Shown: positions 1 to 11,996 of the stretch, piece after piece
Layout: every line of letters starts with the position of its first letter
Position numbering within the stretch: position 1 is the stretch's first letter
Origin: Minutocellus sp. GHC0000111
Lineage: Eukaryota
Assembly (NCBI GenBank): GCA_977018835.1
Contig: OZ361258.1
Location: 558,001 to 622,000, forward strand
Length of the DNA: 64,000 nt
Direction: 5' to 3'
Notes under the pieces: model-generated
Told to the model about the DNA's origin: nothing
Databases searched by the model: none
Seen by the model: the letters and a program-made list of their open reading frames with translations, nothing else
Position numbers and translations under genes: made by a program

Positions 1-1
1 A

Positions 2-706
2 TTTTGTGATGAGCTTCCTTCTGACTATCAAATGACCAAGGAACGCTTGCTTCTTGGGAGAAGTCAAGGTCCAGGTGTTGGACAACAGACGGCAAAAATG
101 AGATCCGTAGAGCCATTGAATGAGCCGACCTTCATTTCCACAGCTGGGCAGCAAGTCATCAAGGTTACCGAGGGTGCCTACGGTTGCGAAGTGCAAAATA
201 TGATATCCCAACAGTACGGTTTCCGATTTTTCTTGGATTTTCCAGAAGGAGCTGTCCGAAATGACGTCGAACTCCCTGCCGAACGGATATACTTCATATC
301 ATCATGTTGGGTGAAAAATGAACCAACCTTCCAACGAGCTCAGAAGCGATACAATGAATTAGAGCAAAGTCTACAAAAGACTCAAGAGGAAATATCAAAG
401 CTCGAATCCAAATCGACTGGTATCATTGGAAAGGCAATGTCTCTTCGACAAATGACATTATTGGTGGAAAAGAAGCAAGGCATCGAGGCGCAGCTCTATC
501 AACTTGAGCAAATATATCCCCTACAAGAAACAACACGGCAAGAGCTCTTGGATGGACCGAACGATCTCTTGTTTGTAAAGGAGGGAGTTATTGCCGTGAA
601 GCGCTTCCGAGGTGCCATGGAGACGCGGGAACAATATCACTGGGTCGGTACCTTTTCCTTTCAAGAGTTCTTTGAGGATTTGGATGAAGAAGATACGCTA
701 AGGTAG
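2..706 (+). CDS. 5'-partial hypothetical protein with central coiled coil
   Basis: Frame is open from the window start to TAG at 704-706. Globular-looking segments (FRFFLDFPEGAVRNDVELPAERIYF; YHWVGTFSF) flank a coiled-coil stretch. No family recognised. Confidence 0.6.
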   Translation, partial: FCDELPSDYQMTKERLLLGRSQGPGVGQQTAKMRSVEPLNEPTFISTAGQQVIKVTEGAYGCEVQNMISQQYGFRFFLDFPEGAVRNDVELPAERIYFISSCWVKNEPTFQRAQKRYNELEQSLQKTQEEISKLESKSTGIIGKAMSLRQMTLLVEKKQGIEAQLYQLEQIYPLQETTRQELLDGPNDLLFVKEGVIAVKRFRGAMETREQYHWVGTFSFQEFFEDLDEEDTLR

Positions 707-736
707 ACCAAATGCCATTCATACAGCGGTATGCTA

Positions 737-2353
737 TTACATTAGCCCTCCATGACGGATAGTGGCATACGCCGAGACCAACTCATCTACCTGCTTCAAT
801 AGAAGATCATCAGGATCAACATCATTGTCCTCGATTACCTCCCCGTCCTTTGCTGCCAGTGAGCTTCCAGTCACCATTGACTTTAGCCGATGAAGTATCT
901 GCATGGCAGCAAGCTGATAAAGTCTTATTGTCCTAAGCTCCGATTGGATCAATATCGCAGCGAAATGCTTTGGTGATCCATCGTCATTTTCAAATGCTTC
1001 TTGCAATTCATTACCTTTGAGGCTGTATCGTTCACGAGCCTTTGCCAATGCCTCTGACAATCGTTCGAGAGCTTTGCATTCCGATTCCAGCTCTTTTTCT
1101 TCGTCTCCTTCGCCTTCGGCATCTTCGCCCTCCTCGCCATTAATTCCTCCATACATCATCATGTCAAAGTCATCGGCATCGCCGTCGCCTCCTTCTTCTT
1201 CTTCGTCACATTGATTTAGGAATGCTTCCATGTCGTCCATTCCTGACACCTCCTCTTGCTCATCATTGTTGGCTTCCTCGCTTCCATCTGTTTCCTGAAA
1301 CATTTCCAACATGCGGGCAAATTTGCCATAGGTGTACGATTTTGGCCCGGCTCGTAGCTCCACCATTGGACCACCATCCTTCAATGATAGCTCAACCAAG
1401 TCGTTTGAGGAGCCATCAGGCTCCAAATTATTGGGGATAGAGAATCCGTATCGACTCAACAATTGGGAATTGCCCTTGGCTCCGTACGTATCATGTATGG
1501 TCGATCCTGAAGACAAATCACGATCGGCCACAACCTCAATGTAGGCAATAGCTGAACTGTCTTCTTCTTCTTGGTCGTCGACGTCGGAACTTCGTTTGTA
1601 CCTCACATCCTTCTTGGCATCGGTACCTCGTCGATGGTCGAGCAAATCCAACAAGGGGACCATCGCATCGGACTGACCATCATTTGATCCCAAACCAGCA
1701 AATCCACGGGAAGAAACAGCAGCAAACATGTCATCAAATTGATTGTACGAGGGAAATTCGCAAGATGACATATCGCCAGCGCTATTGACCTTGGTCCATG
1801 CAGTTGAAATGACAGCGTAATCACTCTTCAGAGCTGCTTGTTCCTTTCGAACATGAGTCAGGAGCGATGTCCCGCCGAGCAGTGATTCCAGTTCCTTGTC
1901 GTCCCAGCGACGAGGTATGTTGTCGTAGGATGAAGGTGGGGGGAGAGTGGCAAGGTAGGCTGCATGGCCACTGGCCGAGTTGTCTCCAAAGGAGGCCATG
2001 CGCGCCATGTAGAGAGCTAAAATGAGGTCAGAGGCGTCGTTATGAAGAGAAATATCGGAAGAAGAGGATATGCTCTGGATCTCATCCACCAGCTTCTTGC
2101 CGTACGACGTGGACGACACGGCGTCAACAGTGAGAAGACACGACGAGGGGATGCGCATCAGCACGGTGCCAGCTGGTATGGTGCTGCCCTCGCCATGATT
2201 AGATATCTTGACCGACCGATCGATAGGGGAGAAAGACAGGGCAGGATGGACGGTGCCACCGTTGGATCGGATCCATTCAAGTGCATCGTTCCAGCATGAG
2301 GTGCATGAGTCGGTCGCAGCGGTGCGCTGGCGTTTCTCGGGTCTGCTCTCCAT
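737..2353 (-). CDS. SET-domain protein lysine methyltransferase (Rubisco LSMT/SETD3/SETD6-like)
   Basis: 538-aa ORF with WIRSNGG, LMRIPSSCLL, YLATLP, AVSSRGF, MVPLLDLLDH and YGAKGNSQLLSRYGF motifs typical of LSMT-class SET proteins. Confidence 0.85.
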   Translation of the reverse strand: MESRPEKRQRTAATDSCTSCWNDALEWIRSNGGTVHPALSFSPIDRSVKISNHGEGSTIPAGTVLMRIPSSCLLTVDAVSSTSYGKKLVDEIQSISSSSDISLHNDASDLILALYMARMASFGDNSASGHAAYLATLPPPSSYDNIPRRWDDKELESLLGGTSLLTHVRKEQAALKSDYAVISTAWTKVNSAGDMSSCEFPSYNQFDDMFAAVSSRGFAGLGSNDGQSDAMVPLLDLLDHRRGTDAKKDVRYKRSSDVDDQEEEDSSAIAYIEVVADRDLSSGSTIHDTYGAKGNSQLLSRYGFSIPNNLEPDGSSNDLVELSLKDGGPMVELRAGPKSYTYGKFARMLEMFQETDGSEEANNDEQEEVSGMDDMEAFLNQCDEEEEGGDGDADDFDMMMYGGINGEEGEDAEGEGDEEKELESECKALERLSEALAKARERYSLKGNELQEAFENDDGSPKHFAAILIQSELRTIRLYQLAAMQILHRLKSMVTGSSLAAKDGEVIEDNDVDPDDLLLKQVDELVSAYATIRHGGLM

Positions 2354-2943
2354 GGTAAGATTGCTCTAGATGCTGGTTGGCTGTGCGGGATGATTCGCTT
2401 CAGCTTGCCAAGTTGCCAAGCAGCCAAGCAGACGCGCAGCCAGCTCTGATTGCTTGGCCGATACGGAAGTACGGAAGCGAAGGCAAGCAAGGGCACACAG
2501 CCCCATCTCGTCTTGTTTCGCCGGTCGGCAGAAGACGAACACGTCACGAAGAAACCCACCAAAACCCAATCTCGTTCGTCACCCATTCTTTGACCGTCCA
2601 ACACCATGGTGGTCCGTCGGCGTTGCGCCGGCGTATAACTATATTTTCGTACCAAATACGCATTCATTATCATGTTTGGATATAGTTGAAGCTTACTGTA
2701 TCCTCAGATTGGCCTCCGCTGCGTGTCAACGCCACGAACCATCGGCCTACTTTTCCTCCATCAGTCGGCCGTTCGTTTCTCTGGGGTGGCACCATTGCTC
2801 CGTCTTTGTGCTCGTCGTGCTCCCGTTGTGATGCCCCAGACCCTCTGGTACTTTCCCACGTTGTTGTTGATGATAAACTGCCGGGATTGCGCCGCACCCC
2901 CCGTATGACCGACTCTCGCTGATCCCGACCGATCGCATCCCCA

Positions 2944-5155
2944 CACTCGACCTCCCGGAATTCCGAGACAATAATTTGCGCCCGAGGAGAGACAGACAGT
3001 GTTGGGATAAGTTTATGCAACAATCAACCCGACAAAGGGACTTTTTGGTCTGGGAGATAAATGGGTGAGTTAAGAAGGACGTGATGTGTTTGTTTGGGTG
3101 CACCATTTACTTTTTTGCTCAATCGCGACACACTGTCCGCCTCTCCTCGACCTTTGGATTGGATGCCCTCTCCTCAGCCTTGAACTGCGCCGTCTGTTGG
3201 GCCTCATGTCCCTTGACGCCCTGAGTCCGACGATCTTCCTTAACGCCCTCTTGGTGGGCTCGCTCTACAAACGATTCGTCGAGCCAATAGATGCCGCCCC
3301 ATCCATTCTTCACTAGCCAAATGTGTTGGTCCAAGATGTGATCTTCGAGCAAGTGCCACTTGGGCGTCATGCTAATGCCGATTGCCCGTGCTTGCTTGAG
3401 GGCACTTGCAATCAATGCTTCAAGCTCTCTCACAGCCTTCTTTGCCTCATCATCCCATTTCATGTACCATTTCAGAAACCTGGAACACATTGCGTCAAGA
3501 GTGTGGAGCAAATTAGAGAGCAAGCTTTGCAGAGCTCTTTGATGTCGTCATCCGTCATGCCATCTTCCTCGCGATTGTGCTCTAGGAGAGTTCCTTTGGT
3601 GGAGGTGTTGTGGTGGATGAACTCTGTTGTCCTTGGTTTCTTCTTGTTGTTGCCATCAGAAATGTTAACAGACAAAGCTCTCCAGCACTCTGCCAGCACT
3701 GCCCTTGTTTTACCTGAGTCGGCCGCCTCAATGCCGGCCTTTTTCAGGAAATGGAAGTGAGGGGCATCGTCATCCTCGGCATCATCGACAGCTCCCATCT
3801 CTGGCTCGCCATCACCGTGCTTCTGACGATTCTTCTCAAAGCACTGCTGCATGCATGCTTCATGTGCAGCGTCCTCTCTTGCAATGTCAGCTTCGTCCTC
3901 ATAACAGGGCACATGGTCCTCGTCTTCGTCGTCATCGTCCTCACTGATCTCGCCGGCCTCCGTCGTGGTCAGGGCGCCCACCGTCCCAACATCGTCGTCA
4001 TTGTCCCACCCATCGTCCTGGCCATTGCACCCACCAGGGAGCTTCTGGGCCTCGAGCAACATCTGCCTGTTGATTTCGCAGTCCATCGCCGCCGCATGTC
4101 CCACCGATGCATGTGGTGCGACCGACTTGAGGAATGCATTGCATGCCTTCGTCAAATTGAGCCGCGGCGGCGGCGTTTCGAGGCGAAATTGTTGCTCGAC
4201 CGTGACCATGTCGAAAGCCATCCATCCATCATCATGGAGAGCGTCGGCTGCACGAGGATTGACAGAGCCGAGGCGAACAAATGTGCTCTTTTTGCATGGG
4301 GTTCGCTGAACGTCGTCGGCAAGGCAGTGTCTTGACACCATTTCATCCCATCCATTCTGGTTGTCTGTCCTCACAAAAAACACATCGCAGTCTTCTTCGT
4401 GTTTCTTCTTCTTCTTCAAACCCAAGATGCCCGCAGTGCACATGACGGCGCCGCACATGATGGGACTGCATCCCAACACATTCATCAAGGAGTCGTTGTT
4501 GTTGCCGATGAAATTGTAGTAATGAAGTTCGTTCCTTTCTGCGAAGACGGACGAGCAGTTCAGCCAGGGCGTCCTGCACCGCAATTGTTCTGTCTGCGGT
4601 GTTGACCGCGGGATTGCGGCCGTTGTTTTTTTTGCTCATGGAGAGCCATGGATCGAGACCAACGGGAACATCACGAGGATGTCGGGAGCACCTGGTTGGT
4701 CTCGTGCCGTAATTCTCCCACACCAGCGCGAGACATCGCCTTCGTTCTGCACGTAGCGGCGGCAATTTGAATTTTTGCCGCCATGGTGGCTCGCGTTGGG
4801 GGCGCGCCGGTCGGTTGCTTCGCGCGCCGGCCGGCCACCAAAAGTGCGACCAAAAGTATGCGAGTCATCCGGCTGGCAGATGGTGCTGTGGGCAGGGGCG
4901 ACGCACAGTCAAGCCGGTGACCGGTGACGGCCAGACGCGCCGTTATTTCAGGCGTTTACGGCGGGCCGCCATCGCCATCCGCCATGATCATGGAAAAATG
5001 GCGAACCAAAAAGAAACCCGGAGGCCGTTAGCATTGAATCAATCGAACGAGTCCATCCAAATACCAGCTCCATTACCAGACAAAAATTTTCAACCAACCC
5101 TGGCCAATTCAAGGGGGAAGATGATCATCAATGACCATGCCCTCTTGGTCGAGTG
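2944..5155 (-). mobile_element. Decayed RAG1/Transib/Chapaev-like DNA transposon (internally deleted, frameshifted)
   Basis: ORF 3119-3523 carries TPKWHLLEDH...GGIYWLDESFVERAHQ, resembling the C-terminal HxxxxH and catalytic-Glu region of RAG1/Transib-type transposases. Candidate 9-bp TIRs begin with CAC (CACTCGACC 2944-2952 / GGTCGAGTG 5147-5155). No TSD is seen, so the boundaries are tentative. Confidence 0.55.
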
Positions 5156-5435
5156 GAGTCGATATACAACTCCCCACCATGGAACCTCAAGATTGGCACC
5201 AGAGTGCCTGTGTCTCTTCCAAAATGTGGTGCAGCAGGGCATTCTCGTTCGACGACACACCGTGTCGTCGTTGGCAGGCATTGGCACATGCATGCAGGCC
5301 TTGCACTTGAAGTACTGATGACGCACTGATCAGGTTGACTATCTTGGCAAGATGTGATGGTTGTGGACGCCATCGTGATGACAAGAACACTCCAGTTTGC
5401 TGCTTGTTCAGCTGACAGCTTGCTCATCATGACGT

Positions 5436-7435
5436 AGCGTGCTCTACTACTACAGCTTGTCGGTGGATGTACTCGCAAGCTGCCCGATGGCATGCGCATC
5501 CGTGGCGATATCAACATTTGCCTTATGGGAGATCCTGGAGCCGCCAAGTCCCAGCTTCTCAAGCACGTTGCCTCCATCGCTCCTCGCGGAGTGTACACCA
5601 CTGGCAAGGGTTCCTCTGGCGTAGGTCTTGCCGCTGCCGTTACCAAGGATGTCACCACCGGTGAAATGGCCCTCGAGGGTGGTGCTCTTGTCCTCGCCGA
5701 CCAGGGTATCTGTGCTATTGATGAGTTCGACAAGATGGACGAGTCAGACCGTACAGCCATTCACGAAGTGATTGGCTGCTTTTGAATTGTTGCATGATTT
5801 TTTGGCGTGCAAAACGTCGTTATGTATGTATTATGCGTCGACTTTGTCTCGAATTGCACTCGTATCGTGCCCAAATCATCTCTCACATAATTCTATCTAT
5901 CCACCTTGTCGCCATTAATAACAGCAACATTCACGGAATTTCTTCGGGAGCATACCATCCTAACCGAGGCTACCGGACGACGGGCTGGTGCCGGCGGATC
6001 AGGAGACGATTCCGACGATGAATTGGACATCCCCACCGCCGAAGGTGGCGGTCGCAGCGGCGGTGGCGGCAACGTAAGTCGCGTCCAGTGCTACAAGGAG
6101 CTGCTGCAGCGCATAAAGGACCGGCATTACTACGACGCCGACGAACTGCCGCAGCTCTCATCGTCGTCCGACGTCAACAAAAAGTCGGGCGATGGTGCCG
6201 CCGCTGGACCGGCCGATGGGGCAGCCCCGACGTCCTCCCGCACGTTCGTGCTCGAGGTGCCCATCAAGGAGCTGATTGCGTGGGACTCCACCCGCGGCGG
6301 CGATCTGGCCGAGCGCGCCACCAAGAACACCATGCGGTATCAGGAGCTGTTCTGCAAGGTCGTCGATCAGGTGCTGAGCGGGATGCAGGTCTCGGGTGCC
6401 GCGGCGGCCAACAGCCACGTCGTTCGGGACAGCCTGGACGTGCTGCAGGAGCAGCGGGTGGCGCAGCAGGCGGCACGACAGGCACAGGCTGCGCAGCGTG
6501 GCGGTGCCGGTCCGGATGCCGCAGCTGGCGTCGAGCAGGCTGGCAATTTGGTCAATGACGATGCCGTGGCCAATGCTGGACCGACGGACCCAGGTGGCGC
6601 CACGGAGGACTTTCCACCTCTTCTGATGCGCCGGTATGAGCTCCGAATCTTGCCTCTGGGACGGAAGGGGGTCTACCCGCCATTCATGCATCAGAGGAGC
6701 AGTATGAGACCGGATGCTGCCACCGCCGCTGCGGCGTCCACCGAGAAGGCTCACAGGGAGGCATTGGAGGCCGATGGCGTGTCCCTTCGTGAGATCCGAT
6801 CCCGGTCCATGGGGCGGCTTGTTACCATCAAGGGTATGATTGTTCGTACCTCTGATGTCAAGCCTGCCTGCGTCGTGGCCACCTACACCTGCGACGCTTG
6901 TGGTTGCGAGATCTACCAGGTAGTCCAGTCCAAGCGTGAGTTTATGCCCCAGCGCCTTTGCCCCTCGGAGACCTGCCGTGGAGGTCGGACCGGTACAACT
7001 GGCGCCGATACCCTTCACTTGCAAACCAGGGGATCCAAATTCATCAAATTTCAGGAACTCAAGCTCCAGGAATTGCCTTCTCAGGTTCCCATGGGACACA
7101 TTCCCCGTGGCATGAGCGTCCACGTAAGAGGAGAGCTCACACGCATTGCCTCACCTGGTGATGTTGTTACCATCGACGGTGTGTTCTTGCCCCAGCGCGT
7201 CGCTGAGAGTGGATACCGCGCCATGAAGGCGGGCCTGATCTCTACAACCTTCCTCGAGGCACAGAATATCCGCGTTCATAAAAAGTCCTACGATGAATCC
7301 GTGTCGGAGGGCATGTCAGAAGAGGAACGGGCTCAGCTCGACAGCGAGGTTATGGCCGTCGCCACTGGCGAAGATCCCGTCGGTGCTTTGTCCTCGGCCA
7401 TTGCTCCCGAGATTTGGGGCCACGATGACATCAAG
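5436..7435 (+). pseudogene. MCM7: Circularly permuted, truncated MCM7 gene fragment
   Basis: 5438-5770 encodes [41 protein letters not shown] (AAA+ core). 5925-7435 encodes the N-terminal/OB region ending APEIWGHDDIK. The order is reversed relative to normal MCM proteins, and the C-terminal half is absent. Confidence 0.88.
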
Positions 7436-7718
7436 GCCGGATTGCTGGACGGGATGCATGATGACGACAAGGTGACGTATGAGAAACATGTAGCAAACGC
7501 AAGCTGCTGCGCTCGCGCCGAGAGCATCATCATGATGGCAGAGAGAGGCAGCCAATTGTGTGTCGATCGAGATCGACACTAGATCTACCGATAGGAAGTA
7601 ATTGCACAAGAAGAGAGACCGCGCCTAACTAATAGACCTTTAATTCTACCGTACATGTACGAAGCGACTCAACTCGTTTGTTAGATCTCTACCGGTCGGT
7701 ATATAAAAAATCTATACA

Positions 7719-8220
7719 CAGTCTGTTCTCACCTATAAGCAATTGAGACTTGGGCCCGAGGTCTCGAATTGCTTACAACCTCCGAAAAATTGGGGTCTGG
7801 GCTAAGCAATGGCTTATTGAGTGGTGACGTGGTAGATGCTAAATTAAATTACAAAATACTACTAGTAAAGTCGAACGAAGGTCAACATTTCCTCGCTCCA
7901 GCTTCACAATAGACCACACACTTAGATTGACACCGAGGTTGGCTTCCTCCTCACCAGTTGCAAGAGTGTCAAAGGCTTCCTTCGACAGGTATGAAACTTC
8001 GTTCTCGCCCAAAGTCCTGAAGAATGTAGATCTAGTCACCACCAATTAATTACGCATCGAACGAGAAATAAATTAGTTTCCGAGATGATGACGGAAACTG
8101 CTGACACAGCGCTGAAACTAAGCAATTGCCCAGCAACGAGGTCTCAGATTGCTTAGGAGGTGGCAAAATATTAGGTCTCACCTTAGCAATTACCAATTGC
8201 TTATAGGTGAGAACGGACTG
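7719..8220. mobile_element. Tc1/mariner-type MITE (502 bp)
   Basis: 27-bp TIRs match 26/27 (CAGTC[T/C]GTTCTCACCTATAAGCAATTG). Right flank is TA, left flank is CA (probably a mutated TA TSD). No ORF. Confidence 0.85.
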
Positions 8221-8370
8221 TACATGTACACATGATGTATCGTAGGTCTAACTGCTACTAGATCTAGACTCTACATGTCCGTGTCCACGTGTATGTTTTA
8301 TAACCGGGAAACAAAATCCTTGCCCGGTACTGCGATAGATTCTTTCAGTCAGATGCAATCCCTCTTCTTC

Positions 8371-9524
8371 TTACAACATCTCCAGACCAGACTCCTCGTC
8401 GCCCTCGCCTTCCACACCATCCAATGCATCAGCATTGCTACTGGTACCTCCGATGCCATTCGTTCCTCCCTTCTTGTCTTCTCCTGCTAATGCCTTGTTC
8501 TTATCCGGTGATTCGTCGCCAAGCGTTCCACTCCCATCGGCTTCCAAAATCAAATCGCGAGCACCACCATTCACATCATCATTTGTGAAGCCATCCGATC
8601 CTCCATTTGATGACTCTCCAGTAGTTTGCATATCAGCGGCGATCGATCCACCCTTATCATCACCTCCCAAAGTTTTGCCCACTTCTCTTTCATCCCTCTT
8701 CTTCACATAAATTAGAGCAGCAACTCCCAGGACAAAGCCAAGAGTGACTACCACAATGACAGCTACCAATCCAGGATTCATGCGTTCGTCTGCCTTGCTC
8801 ATTGGTCGGGAGGTGACGAATTGCGTCCCCTCGCCCTCTGGTGCAGTCCCCTTCAGGTATTGGCACTTGGACCCCTCAAATTCCTCGGGACAGTCGCATC
8901 CGGGATGGTCCTCTCCCTTCAGCACCGTCTTTCGACACTTGCCTCCATTGACGCAGAAGGCATCGTCCGATACTGGAGTACCGGCCTCACATATTTCTGT
9001 CGCCGAGAATTGGCATTCATGACCCGCATATGAGCTTATGGCGAATGCTGCCGAGCAGTCACAATCATAACTTCCTGGAATCTTTGACGCCACACATTGA
9101 GCGTTGTTGTAACATCTCCGGCTATAGTCAGGGCATTGCTTGTATGGAATATCGCATGATGGCCCACTGTACCCAATCATATCTTCACTGTGGTGGCCGG
9201 GCTCGTGGCAGTCGCATCGATAAGAAACTCCAACCTCTAGCAGAAGAAGAGAGATGTGGTGAAGGAAAAGGAGGAATTGCTTAAGTGAGATTCCGACAGG
9301 GATATTCGGACATTAAGGAATTATGCGCCAGAGTAGCGATCAAGCACAAAAAAGAATGAGCAAAAAATAAATTGAAGGCGTGGCTCACCTACTTCGACGC
9401 ATTTCCCGTGATGACAAGGGATAGGGCACCCAGCATTTTCGGGGTGATGATCCTTATCTCCATTTACGCCGGGAAGGAGTGAAGCTCCGAAGAAGAAGAG
9501 GAGCAATGACTGCTTCGACCACAT
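8371..9524 (-). CDS. EGF-like repeat type I membrane protein (2 exons: 9524-9389, 9236-8371)
   Basis: Signal peptide MWSKQSLLLFFFGASLLPGVNG. The GT-AG intron 9388-9237 restores frame. Three EGF-like Cys repeats, a TM helix (LVAVIVVVTLGFVLGVAALIYV), then KKR. Confidence 0.8.
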
Positions 9525-9949
9525 CGCCCCAAAACGAAATGGACTGAGAAATAATCCGAAGGGGGGTCAAGAAGTCAAGAAGATGCACGAAGGCGACGAC
9601 CGAGTCTAATCTTCCGAATATATAAAGCCACTCACAAGAGTGCTGGATTGCGAAGTGTATGGGCGCTACTTCTTCGGCTTGTGGAACGGTCGGTCGTACG
9701 AATGGACAGAGAGGAGACGAATGAAAGTTGCCGTGGAACGGTCGTAGTAATAATCGAATGTCAGAGAACAATCCAGAGGATGGTGAAGTCAAGAAGAACG
9801 CGCAAAGGAAGCGATCGACCGACTTTCTCCAAAGGATATGAAGTCCAGAGACTACTGTTGATGGGATTGGAGTACTTGGTGGAGTGGGCGAGAGATCAAT
9901 ACCACGATTTGCCGTCGTTCAAAGACATTTCTATGAGCTCATGGTCTCA

Positions 9950-11996
9950 GAGCCGTTCCAAACAGGTCCCGGAAGGCCTCCGGAAATCGGGCCTGGCTGG
10001 AAAACGAGTTTCGGGTTGCCTCGTTTTCCAGTTTTAAAAGCTTCCGGGTTGCCTCGCTCTCCGCAAAGCTTCCGAAACGCGAAATCGATTTCGGAAGCCA
10101 GCTGGGGAGCGAGGCAACCCGGAGAGCGGCAGCCGAATTCTGCCATATCTCCTTTTCCCACCTGTAGCGGTGTCGTGTGTTTGGACTGGGTTTACTGCAT
10201 CGACATGGAACCTACCGCCAAGATGGACCCGCCGTCGACCGCCCCGAATAATGGCCGTGCTCCTTCGGCAGTCCCGGGCGTCGCTGGTGCTACCGCTGCC
10301 TCGGCCGGCGCCGATGTATCTGCACCCGCCGATTCTACTGCTGACAACTCCAACCAACGCATAGAAGAGGCAGAGGACGGGCAGGTCTCCTCACGAAGGC
10401 AACGGTACTCTCGCGATGTCACCCCTTCCGGCGAATATTGGGCTTAGCGGCGTGGGCGTCGTTACCTCGAACTCCGCCCCTACGGCTGCCGCGACGACGC
10501 GACGACGGCCGTGGTCCGTCCTCCAACTGCTGCTCCGCTGCTCCCGCTCCCGCGCCTTCCGGCACGTCCGGCCCCGCCTCTCGTCAAGGAGCCGCTGCCG
10601 CTGCTGGCAGTACCAGTAGCAGCAACTCCCAGTGTACCACTCACACGCTCTCTATTGCTCCGCTTTCCACCGTCCTAAAGTATTGCGACGGGATGGACGA
10701 TCACCGGTTCTGGTGAGGGCGCAGATGACGACGGCGACAACGACGAGTTTGAATTATCCGACGACGATGACAATGGAATCAGTCCTATCAAGGCTGTAAA
10801 GAAAGAAGCATTGTTGAGCCATGACGTGAATTATGCAACCGAAAACAATGCCGAGTATGAATATGGGAAGAGTGAACATGATCCCAATGCCGATTATGAT
10901 GCCGAATCTGGCTGCTACAAGATGTGAAGAGGGGTCGGACGACTATTCTTAGTTCATAGAAATACTCGTCCAGCTTCACAGTAGAGCTACGGCGGGTCTT
11001 CTTTTCAATAGAGCGTAGAACATCCCCCCCCCTGTAATATATATTAGAGACAAAATAAGATTGGGATCCTAACTTGCATGTAACGCTGTATCTCGTTTTA
11101 TCCCGACGATCTATTTCTATTTTATACTACTTTCTATCTCCCACCTCTCTCCCTCACTGGCGGACGAAGCAGGCACTTCTCCTTCACCTGCCGAAGCATC
11201 GCTCGCATCGGTGTGTCCCCACCGTCCCTCTCCGGCTTCCGGCCGCCCTCCACGTCCTCCCAGTGATGCCCGCCGCCCAAAAGAGGAGCTGGACAGTCGA
11301 GCTCGTCCAGGGCGACAGCGTTCCTATCACTGGCGCCACCACCCGCAAAGAAGCGGATGGCCGCGGATAGACGAAGCTTAGTTGAGATACGACCGTTTGG
11401 AGCACCGGCCTGCTCGTCTCGGCGGACGCGGAGGTGGTGGAAAAGTAAGCTTTCAGGTCCTCCTCGAGAATGTCGTGGAGATGCAGGAAGGACTCGATCG
11501 ACATGCGATACGACCGACGAGCCTTATTGCCGAGCTAAGCAAACATGCTTTCGACCTCCTTCCGTCGGCGGATGATATTCTTCTTGCCCTTCTTGGACCC
11601 GCCGTTGAGTTTGGACTCGTTGAGTTCATCCCATTCCTCGTCGGAGAGCGTAAGATACAGGAAGGCCGCGGCGGCAAGCTCCTCTTCCTCGCGCTCCTGC
11701 CGACGAGAGCGCCGTTTGCGGCGCTGCTTCATCAGCTTATAAAGGCTTGGGGCACACATTATCGTTTTAGCTTACATGGTTGGCCGCTCAAGCTATCCCT
11801 TTTTGAACTGGCCAAAAACCACACATCGCGCAGGGTTCCGGGTTGCCTCGTTCTCGCTCATCGCCCAAGGCCTGTTTCGAGACAGTGTCGTTTGGACAGA
11901 TGCCGGACAGGCCTTTTCTCAAATCGAGTCAGAAACCTCGTTTTCCAGCCAGGCCCGATTTCTGGAGGCCTCTCCGGGACCTGTTTGGAACGCCTC
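9950..11996. mobile_element. PIF/Harbinger DNA transposon, non-autonomous deletion derivative
   Basis: About 60-bp TIRs (GAG[C/G]CGTTCCAAACAGGTCCCGGA...GGCCTGGCTGGAAAACGAG) and a 3-bp TSD TCA on both sides (9947-9949, 11997-11999). A minus-strand transposase N-terminal remnant at ~11330-11740 (SYRMSIESFLHLHDIL ... NGRISTKLRLSAAIRFFAGG) has a stop and a frameshift. Confidence 0.85.
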
